A stretch of 64,000 nt of DNA. Origin: an uncultured Actinomycetota bacterium (lineage in GTDB: Bacteria > Actinomycetota > Actinomycetes > CAVWCF01). This document shows, piece after piece, positions 11,659 through 18,684 of the stretch. The position numbers were made by a program, and so were the translations under genes. The stretch covers positions 1,312,001 through 1,376,000 of the forward strand of contig CAVWCF010000001.1 of NCBI GenBank assembly GCA_963753435.1, given 5' to 3'. Positions within the stretch are counted from its first letter, which is position 1; every line of letters begins with the position of its first letter. The notes beneath the pieces are model-generated. The model had not been told where the DNA came from, made no database searches, and saw only the letters and a list, made by a program, of their open reading frames with translations.

Positions 11659-13144
11659 CTAGAACCACTTCGTGTACGCCAAGGAACTTGGTGTCCGGAA
11701 GGCCTGCTCCGGGGGGACGCCGGCGAAGCGGCTGCCGATCGCTTCGGCCCAGGCCCTGGCCCGGTCCGTCAGAACGCGATCATCGGTCTGCATTCGGCCC
11801 CGCGTCACCAGGATGCCGATGTCCGCGCCGGGATAGCGGTACTCCCCGGAGCCGTAGACCTGCATGTAGAAGGCTTCGTCCTCGCCGCCGACGGCGTGCC
11901 AGTCATGCTCGTTGCGCAGGAATCGGACCGACTCCGTCATCGCTCATCCGCCACAGGCCCGACGGCGGGGCCTCGGTGATGAGTTCCACGTCGTCAGTCA
12001 CCTGCTTGAGGACCAACTGACTCCACGTGTCGAACTCCGCCCACCGGTCCTGCACGGCTTCGAGGTCTACCTCCCAGTCGACGTCGGAGAACTCCAGCAG
12101 GTGGAACAGGAAGAGCGGAACACCGCCGTAGAGAGTGGTGATCAGACTGGTTAGCGGCGAGGCGCCGGAGATGCGGGGGTTGATCTCGCCCAGGTAGACG
12201 GTCCCGTCCTCCGCGACCAAGTAGTCCATGCAGAAGACGCCGCGGTAGCCCTCCGCGTACAGCCGCGCGCCCAACCGCTGCGCCATCTTGCGGATGCGAC
12301 GACGAATCTTCTTGCTGAAGACGTAGGGCGAGATGTCGTTGCCGCACCACCCGCCGCGGTAGGGGGTCAGTTCAGCGAAGCCGGTGATGTCGGTCTGCAC
12401 TGGTCCCACCAGCGTGCCGTGCCTGGTGGCCACCGCCTCGACGGTCCCCGGTAGGTGCCGGACGAAGCGCATGACCTTGAGCGGCTCGCTGGTGAGCGCC
12501 TCCTCGTGCTTGCTGAAGTCCTCATCGGACCGGATGAAGAACGTGGTGCGGCCGGAGTCGCCGTACGGCGTCTGCACCACCAGATCGCGACCGAGACCGT
12601 GCTTCTTGGCCAGCTTGCGTAGTCGCTTGTAGGAGTCGACCTCGGCAAGAACGTTCGGCACGCTGGCCACTTTCGCCTGCTCCCCGAGCCGGGTCGTCTC
12701 CAGTTTGGAGTCGATGCGTTTGCGAAGTGCAAGCGGTGGCAGGGCGATCGAGAGACCGAGTTCTGCGGCCAGCGCCTCGGTTTCTTCGTCGAACATGACG
12801 AAGAGCGCCTGCCCCGGGCCGTGTGCATCGATGTAGTCGCGAACCTCCTTGTGGCCAAGCAGATAGGTGTTGACCGACTCGAACGACTCGAAGTCGCGCG
12901 GACCGGTGTGCGTCGGGCTGAATGAGTGCGGTTGCGCACCGGCGAAGCTGTCGAAGTAGGTCACGTACCGGAACCCGTGCACCCACTGGTCCATCCCCAG
13001 CAAGTTGTACGCGGTGGGCGAGATGAAGTAGATCGGCGTCTCGTTGTTCCGGAAGTAGCGATAGATGTCGGTCATACCGCGCAGTCGTACGGACCCCGCC
13101 GCCTTGCGGCCTTCAGTCCTCTGCCCGGACCGTCCGCTGCCCAC
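11659..13144 (-). pseudogene. ATP-grasp (biotin-carboxylase-like) ligase split by an apparent frameshift near 11932
   Basis: ORF 13144-11903 has QTPYGDSGRTT and YLGEINPRISGAS; the apparent C-terminus (SVRFLRNEHDWH..GADIGILVTRGRMQ) is in another frame (11940-11659); removing one base fuses them. Confidence 0.7.
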
Positions 13145-13194
13145 ACCGAGACGCTAGGAGTCTGCGGCCACCCTGGCTACAAGAATGCTGCTAT

Positions 13195-14265
13195 TCAGGC
13201 GATGAGCAACGGGCGATGGGTTGGTCCATGGCCGGTGTGGATGCGCGCTTCGGGAGGGACGTGGATCGGCATGCGCCGCACCCGAACCCCCTCAGCGAAG
13301 TCCCACAAGGACTGCTCCCAGGTCGTGCCCGGCCACGCGATCGTGGCCGTCAAGGACCGGGTGTCGTACACGCTGGTGTACACGGTGCCCCACGGCGAAT
13401 CGGCGGTGGACCGATACACCGGTGGGGTCAGCATCCGGTCCAGCAGTTCCTCGGCCGTTGGCCCCGAGGCAACTGACTCGTCCAGGAGGACTTCGCGCTC
13501 GACCGTCCCGCAGAACTCCTCGTACTCCGGCCACTCCGAGGACCCCTGCCGGTTGGCCGCGCTCAGCCGGTCGGACACGACCAGAGGCCGGTCCGGCGCG
13601 ATGAAGGCGACCGCTGCTGAGCCAGCCGCATCCAGCAGGGCCACGTTGTAGGGCATCCGCACCGGAACCCGATCCAGCACGGCCAAAGCCTCCGCCACAG
13701 TTGCGGTTACCTGCAGCAGGTAGCGCACGATGAGACCGATACCGAAGCCTGGACCGACCACCGGCCTGCCACCGAACGAGATCGCCACGGCCAAGCCGTG
13801 TTCGTTGATGCCGTCCAACGCGCCCCAGGTGCAGTCCGCCATCGCTACGGTGCGGACCCCACCCCAGGAGGCAGCCAGCAGGGTCGCGTCGCACATCGCC
13901 GGTGGATAGTCATAGTTGCGGAGCAGCATCGATGCGCCCGGCCAGGTGACCATCGAGCAAGCCGCAAAGAGCGGCGGTGGACACCAGTGCGACAGGAACC
14001 GCGCCTCCAGGTCGCCGCCGCCTACGGACTCGGTGAGCAGGTCGTAGGTGGCCAGCAACTCCGGCATGTGCACGGCTAGGGCATGGCGACCTTCGGCGTA
14101 CGTGGGTCGCGGCTCTTCGCCGTCGCGTAGGAACCAGTCCAGGTAGCTGGGCCAGGCGGCTGCGAACCCGGCTCGTAGCGCGTCGCTGGCACCGGCGCCG
14201 GTTTCCACGGCCCGGTAGGACACGTCCGAGACGACGACTTCCGCCTGGGCCTGGGTGTCCTCCAT
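13195..14265 (-). CDS. C45-family Ntn hydrolase/acyltransferase
   Basis: AACS autocleavage Cys, LLRNYDY, LDGINEHGLAV. Confidence 0.85.
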   Translation of the reverse strand: MEDTQAQAEVVVSDVSYRAVETGAGASDALRAGFAAAWPSYLDWFLRDGEEPRPTYAEGRHALAVHMPELLATYDLLTESVGGGDLEARFLSHWCPPPLFAACSMVTWPGASMLLRNYDYPPAMCDATLLAASWGGVRTVAMADCTWGALDGINEHGLAVAISFGGRPVVGPGFGIGLIVRYLLQVTATVAEALAVLDRVPVRMPYNVALLDAAGSAAVAFIAPDRPLVVSDRLSAANRQGSSEWPEYEEFCGTVEREVLLDESVASGPTAEELLDRMLTPPVYRSTADSPWGTVYTSVYDTRSLTATIAWPGTTWEQSLWDFAEGVRVRRMPIHVPPEARIHTGHGPTHRPLLIA

Positions 14266-14316
14266 CGCCGAAAGTATGGCTCAGCCGGACCAAACCAAGC
14301 GGAGCGCGCGCCTACG

Positions 14317-15765
14317 ATGCCCACGATGAACCTGCATGAGTACGCCGAATTCGACGCCATCGGGCTGGCGGAGCTGATCCGCCGCGGCGACGTCACGGCG
14401 GCGGACTTGGCCGAGCTGGCCCTGGCCGGTACCGAGGCGGTCAACCCAACGCTGAACGCGGTGGTGCAGACGTTCCCGGACCGAGTTGAGGGACTGCGGT
14501 TCGAGTACTCCCCGAGCGGGCCATTCGGCGGGGTGCCGACAATGCTGAAGGACCTGTTCCACGGCGAAGCCGGCTCAGCCTGCGGCAACGGCAGCCGGCT
14601 GGCCGACGGCTGGGTGGAACCGACGGACTCCGAGTTCCCGCTGCGGCTGCGGGCAGCAGGGCTGGTGAACCTAGGTCGGACCACCGTCCCGGAGTTCGGG
14701 ATCCTGGGCACCACCGAAACGTTGGCCCAAGGGGCCACGTGTACGCCGTGGAGCACCGCGCACATGTCCGGTGGCTCAAGTGGTGGCGCTGCTGCCGCGG
14801 TGGCCGCGGGAATCGTGCCGGTTGCCGCCGCCAGCGATGGTGGGGGTTCCATCCGCATCCCGGCATCGGCGTGCGGGGTGGTCGGGCTGAAGACGAGCCG
14901 CGGCCGGGTCCCGTGGGGTCCGCATATCTCCGAGGCGCTCATGGGCTGGGCCGTCCACTTCATGGTCAGCCGCACGGTCCGCGACACCGCCGCCTTGCTG
15001 GACGCCGTCCACGGCCCACTCGCCGGGGATCCGTTCGACATCGCTGCACCCGCGGGCGCCTACTTGCCCAGCCTCTATGAGCCCACCGGGCCGCTTCGGG
15101 TCGCCGTGTGCGCGGAGCCGTTCGCTGGCCGAGCCCCCGATCCACAGGTAGTGCAGGCCACCCGGGTCACCGCCGACGTACTCGCTGACCTAGGTCACCA
15201 GGTGGTCGAGGCGGTGCCGGCCTTCCCGTGGGAGCCCTTCCTGCAGACGATGACCGACACCTGGTCGGCCACCACGGCGCACACCGTCGACGGCTTTGCG
15301 GCCGCGTTAGGTCGGCCGGTGGACCTCAGCACAGTGGAGGCGCCAACACTGGAAATGGTCCACTACGGGCGATCGGTCACAGGGCAGCAACTGCTGGACG
15401 GAATCGGTGTCATCAACTCCGTCGCTCGAGTCATGGGCGAGTTCTTCGGCCGTTACGACGTGTTGCTGACGCCCACGCTCGGAGCGCTGCCGGCCCCCCT
15501 CGGCCAATACGACCCGCATGCTGCGCTGCCGCCGCGGGAACTGTTTGACTCGTGGTCACACCTGGAGTCGTTCCTGCCGGTCTTCAACGCGACTGGGCAG
15601 CCGGCGATCAGCCTGCCGTTGCACATGTCCGCGGAAGGACTTCCCATCGGGATGCAACTGGTGGGCCGATTCGGCGCGGAGGGCTTGCTGCTTCGAATCG
15701 CGGCGCAGTTGGAGCAGGCGCTGCCGTGGGCGAAACGACGCCCGCCGATCCACGTGACCGGCTGA
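14317..15765 (+). CDS. amidase signature family amidase
   Basis: GVPTMLKDL, GGSSGGAAAAVAAG, ASDGGGSIRIPASACG; start may be 14326. Confidence 0.95.
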   Translation: MPTMNLHEYAEFDAIGLAELIRRGDVTAADLAELALAGTEAVNPTLNAVVQTFPDRVEGLRFEYSPSGPFGGVPTMLKDLFHGEAGSACGNGSRLADGWVEPTDSEFPLRLRAAGLVNLGRTTVPEFGILGTTETLAQGATCTPWSTAHMSGGSSGGAAAAVAAGIVPVAAASDGGGSIRIPASACGVVGLKTSRGRVPWGPHISEALMGWAVHFMVSRTVRDTAALLDAVHGPLAGDPFDIAAPAGAYLPSLYEPTGPLRVAVCAEPFAGRAPDPQVVQATRVTADVLADLGHQVVEAVPAFPWEPFLQTMTDTWSATTAHTVDGFAAALGRPVDLSTVEAPTLEMVHYGRSVTGQQLLDGIGVINSVARVMGEFFGRYDVLLTPTLGALPAPLGQYDPHAALPPRELFDSWSHLESFLPVFNATGQPAISLPLHMSAEGLPIGMQLVGRFGAEGLLLRIAAQLEQALPWAKRRPPIHVTG

Positions 15766-15815
15766 ACGTCGACCCCGTCGGGACCGGCTCTCCGGATGGG
15801 TCGGCGTGCCGACTA

Positions 15816-16346
15816 TCAGCGGGAGTAGACCGGCGCGATAACCGCACGCGCGAGCGTGTGGAAGGTCAATTGAAAGCCGACCGCGGCGGCGCGCGCATCC
15901 CTGCCGACCCCCAGTGACTCACTGTCCACGGCGTGTACGGCGAACAGGTATCGGTGCGGGCGGTCGCCCGGCGGTGGGGCGCTGCCGCCGTATCCGCCGT
16001 TGCCGAAGTCGGTTGGGACGTGGAAGGCCCCGGCTGGCAGTCCACCGCCGTCAGCAGCACCGGCGCCGCGCGCCAGCTCGGTGACGGAAACCGGGATGTC
16101 GACTGCGAGCCAGTGCCACCAGCCGCAAGCCGTCGGCGCATCCGGGTCGAAGCAGGTCACCGTGAAGGACCTCGTCGCCGCCGGGAAGCCAGACCAGGCC
16201 AGATGCGGGGACTGGTTGCCACCGTCAAGGACGAACTCCTGGCCCAGTTGTGCGCCGTCGACAACGTCGTCGCTGACAACCGAGAAGGCGCCGACCGGAG
16301 GGAGCAGTTCGTAGGGGTTCGGTGCCACCGGTCGCTGCAGATTCAC
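15816..16346 (-). CDS. YbhB/YbcL (PEBP, Raf kinase inhibitor-like) protein
   Basis: TCFDPDAPT..WWHW, GSAPPPGDRPHRY; GGAGG RBS. Confidence 0.92.
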   Translation of the reverse strand: MNLQRPVAPNPYELLPPVGAFSVVSDDVVDGAQLGQEFVLDGGNQSPHLAWSGFPAATRSFTVTCFDPDAPTACGWWHWLAVDIPVSVTELARGAGAADGGGLPAGAFHVPTDFGNGGYGGSAPPPGDRPHRYLFAVHAVDSESLGVGRDARAAAVGFQLTFHTLARAVIAPVYSR

Positions 16347-16361
16347 CTAGGTCCTCCCGCA

Positions 16362-16568
16362 ATAGGTAGCGGGGCCCCTCCACGTATGAGGTGCAGGGGC
16401 CCCGCTGTGCCGGATCTCCGGCGGTGAGTTGGGCTTGCGCCCGCTCTTCCGCCCGAGGCCGCGGCCTCGGCTGACGCGAACCCTGCGGATAACCGTCCGG
16501 GTTTCCCCGGAGGTTCCCCCTCACCGTTCCGACCTAAGTCTTCTGGTGCGGTCCCGCCGTCAGGCGAT
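16362..16568 (-). ncRNA. candidate structured ncRNA A (family not recognised)
   Basis: Downstream of a promoter-like motif; nested helices CGGUGAG/CUCACCG and UCCGC/GCGGA, GAAA and GCAA tetraloop hairpins; ends in CUCAUAC-loop hairpin; paralog at 17860-18030. Confidence 0.7.
16368..16406. repeat. conserved-loop hairpin copy 1
   Basis: AGCGGGGCCCCTCCAC-GTATGAG-GTGCAGGGGCCCCGCT. Confidence 0.9.
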
Positions 16569-16572
16569 GGGA

Positions 16573-16605
16573 GATTTCTAGGGGCTACCGGTCGATGCAC
16601 GCAAG
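16573..16605 (-). promoter_or_regulatory. putative promoter of ncRNA A
   Basis: TTGCGT-N18-TAGAAATC on minus strand; same spacing as 18035-18067. Confidence 0.65.
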
Positions 16606-16636
16606 GGGTCCGGAACAAGAAATTCCGATGAATCTC

Positions 16637-16713
16637 GTATCCACACTCTTGTCCACACGGCGCCTCGCATGTGGCATTGGTTCCTCCACATCGAGCCCAC
16701 AGCGTCATCAACA
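16637..16713. promoter_or_regulatory. DnaA-box-like array A
   Basis: GTATCCACA 16637, TTGTCCACA 16649 (exact Streptomyces-type box), TCCTCCACA 16682, GAGCCCACA 16693, TCATCAACA 16705. Confidence 0.6.
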
Positions 16714-16807
16714 AGCGGGTCGTACTCGGTTCGGCGTCGATCGTGACGAGACGCAGGCACCGTGTGTCGCTGCCAGGTTGGTCAAGCCGGTGCGGGCATT
16801 CTGATCC

Positions 16808-16842
16808 CCAGGCCCCTCCAGGTATGAGCTGGAGGGGCCTGG
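16808..16842. repeat. conserved-loop hairpin copy 2 (solo)
   Basis: CCAGGCCCCTCCAG-GTATGAG-CTGGAGGGGCCTGG, perfect 14-bp stem. Confidence 0.9.
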
Positions 16843-16869
16843 CTAGTCCGCAACTCTTACCCTGCCGTT

Positions 16870-17829
16870 GTGAGCAATCTCGAGTCACGCCCGGCGGAGA
16901 CCGACTGCCACAGCGACGCGACCGGCGCTGCGGAGACTCTGGCTCCACGCGAGGTGCCGCTGGGTGGACCGCGAGCACTGACCGTTCGCCGCACCCTTCC
17001 CCACCGTGACCGTCGCATGGTCGGGGCTTGGTGCTTCGTGGACCACTACGGCCCGGACTCGGTACACGACGGTGGAATGTTCGTTCCCCCGCACCCGCAC
17101 ACGGGACTGCAGACCGTTTCGTGGTTGGTCTCCGGTGAGGTGCTGCACCACGACAGCCTTGGTTCCGAACAACTGATCCGACCAGGCCAGTTGAACCTGA
17201 TGACGGCCGGCCGTGGCATCGCACACGCCGAGGTGACACCGGCCGGTAGCACCGAGCAGTTGCACGGGGTGCAGTTGTGGGTGGCCCTACCCGGCACCGC
17301 CCGCGACACCGCCCCCGCCTTCGAGCACCACGCCGAACTGCCGACTGTGGGCCTGCCCGGGTGCGTGGCCACCGTCATTGCCGGCGATTTCGCTCGCGTG
17401 CAGTCGACGGCCACGACGTTCACCGACCTGCTGGGGGTGGAACTCGACCTCGCTGCCGGGGCTGACCTGGACGTCCCAGTTCGGCCCGAACACGAGCACG
17501 CTTTGCTCGCGCTGGATGAGGACGTGGCGATCGGAACGGCAACCGTGCCCCGCGGCGCCCTGCACTACCTACCCCCGGGGCCGGATGTGATTCGAGTGCG
17601 CAGCCGGACGGCATCCCGGGTGCTCCTGCTCGGCGGGCTTCCATTCGACGAGACCGTCGTCATGTGGTGGAACTTCCTCGGCACCGATCACGACTCGATC
17701 GCCGCTGCCCGTAAGGACTGGGAGGCAGCCAGCCCACGGTTCGGCGAGGTGCCGGGATACGACTCCCGGCTGGCTGCACCCGCGTTGCCGGGGACCCGGC
17801 TCAAGGCCAGGGGCCGAAAGCGGAACTAG
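16870..17829 (+). CDS. pirin family protein
   Basis: VGAWCFVDHYGP, PPHPHTGLQTVSW, MTAGRGIAHAE, LHGVQLWVALP. Confidence 0.95.
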   Translation: MSNLESRPAETDCHSDATGAAETLAPREVPLGGPRALTVRRTLPHRDRRMVGAWCFVDHYGPDSVHDGGMFVPPHPHTGLQTVSWLVSGEVLHHDSLGSEQLIRPGQLNLMTAGRGIAHAEVTPAGSTEQLHGVQLWVALPGTARDTAPAFEHHAELPTVGLPGCVATVIAGDFARVQSTATTFTDLLGVELDLAAGADLDVPVRPEHEHALLALDEDVAIGTATVPRGALHYLPPGPDVIRVRSRTASRVLLLGGLPFDETVVMWWNFLGTDHDSIAAARKDWEAASPRFGEVPGYDSRLAAPALPGTRLKARGRKRN

Positions 17830-17859
17830 ATAGGAAAAGCCCAATCACGCCCGCTCAAC

Positions 17860-18030
17860 AAAAGGTAAGGCCCCTCCAAGTATGAGTTGGAGGGGCCTTA
17901 CTTTCGCGGCTTGCGCCACTGCTTCCGCTTCCAATACCCCCTGGCCGGATCCCTCCGGGCCGAGGCCCTTCCGGTTCTTGCCAGTCCCTTCAGCCGAGGC
18001 CTTCGGGTTTGGTGCACCTTCCGAGGAAGT
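17860..18030 (-). ncRNA. candidate structured ncRNA B (paralog of A)
   Basis: 5' hairpin then GCACCA, CUGG/CCAG and CCGGA/UCCGG helices, GGC-GCAA-GCC hairpin, CUCAUAC-loop hairpin plus U-tract. Confidence 0.7.
17865..17901. terminator. conserved-loop hairpin copy 3, probable bidirectional terminator
   Basis: GTAAGGCCCCTCCAA-GTATGAG-TTGGAGGGGCCTTAC flanked by AAAAG and TTT. Confidence 0.85.
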
Positions 18031-18034
18031 AGCC

Positions 18035-18067
18035 GATTTCTATCCCCTGCGGCGGAGGTAGGGCAAG
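18035..18067 (-). promoter_or_regulatory. putative promoter of ncRNA B
   Basis: TTGCCC-N18-TAGAAATC on minus strand. Confidence 0.65.
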
Positions 18068-18098
18068 ACCTTTGGAGCAAGTTCTTGCTCCCGACGGG

Positions 18099-18163
18099 AA
18101 ATCCCCAATGTCATACACAGCAATCCAGGGCATATCCCCATCATGTCCACAGCTTGATGCACA
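18099..18163. promoter_or_regulatory. DnaA-box-like array B
   Basis: AAATCCCCA 18099, TCATACACA 18111, ATATCCCCA 18132, ATGTCCACA 18143, TGATGCACA 18155. Confidence 0.5.
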
Positions 18164-18205
18164 AGTCAGCGCTCAACCGGCCTGATCGCACTGATCGGAA
18201 CGCGA

Positions 18206-18242
18206 GGTGGGCCCGAACCAGCGTTAACTGGCTCGGGCCCAC
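18206..18242 (-). terminator. hairpin downstream of 100-aa gene
   Basis: GTGGGCCCGA..CCAG/CTGG..TCGGGCCCAC inverted repeat 17 nt after the stop. Confidence 0.6.
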
Positions 18243-18259
18243 TCGGAGTCTGCAGTCGA

Positions 18260-18562
18260 CTACTTGGTCTTGGTCACTGAGGTGAACGCCCCCGTGACTA
18301 GCGTGAAACCGTCCTTGGCGACCTTGACGCTGCCCGCCGCGATCGAGTCGATCGTGCCGGTGATTCCGGTTGCCATCTTCTGGGTGCCCTCCCGGACACC
18401 GTCGGTGGTCTCAGCGGAGACGCCCAGGCCCGACAGGACCGTGAACGGGATCTCCATAGCCGCCAGGCCGGTCTTCTCGACCGCCCCCATGCCCTGACGG
18501 AAGATTCCTAGGAACGCCTGGTCGGCGCTGGTGCTGCTCTTCTGCTTCGTGCTGGTGGCCAT
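18260..18562 (-). CDS. hypothetical 100-aa amphipathic protein
   Basis: Strong AAGGGAGGT RBS, ATG, biased codons, own terminator. Confidence 0.8.
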   Translation of the reverse strand: MATSTKQKSSTSADQAFLGIFRQGMGAVEKTGLAAMEIPFTVLSGLGVSAETTDGVREGTQKMATGITGTIDSIAAGSVKVAKDGFTLVTGAFTSVTKTK

Positions 18563-18639
18563 GACGCCACCTCCCTTTCTTTGCGGCGGCTTCGGGCCGC
18601 CGGTGGTGGTTCCTTGCAGTGCCTAGTGAACCACGTTGA

Positions 18640-18678
18640 GTGAACACTTGTCCACCATTTCGGTAAACAAATGTTCAC
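18640..18678. promoter_or_regulatory. tandem palindromic operator-like sites
   Basis: GTGAACA-CT-TGTCCAC and GTAAACA-AA-TGTTCAC with starts 23 bp apart. Confidence 0.5.
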
Positions 18679-18684
18679 TGGATT

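Noticed and set aside
16368-17901. Three hairpin repeats as a CRISPR array
   Set aside because: Gaps of about 400 and 1020 bp, one containing a full gene; no regular spacers and no cas genes in the window
16637-18163. DnaA-box-like arrays as oriC
   Set aside because: No dnaA/dnaN nearby, few perfect boxes and no AT-rich unwinding element
16343-18285. ORFs overlapping the candidate RNAs (16225-16524, 16343-17239, 17887-18285, 17898-18080)
   Set aside because: No RBS or recognisable motifs, Arg/Pro/Gly-rich or antisense to pirin; typical high-GC shadow ORFs
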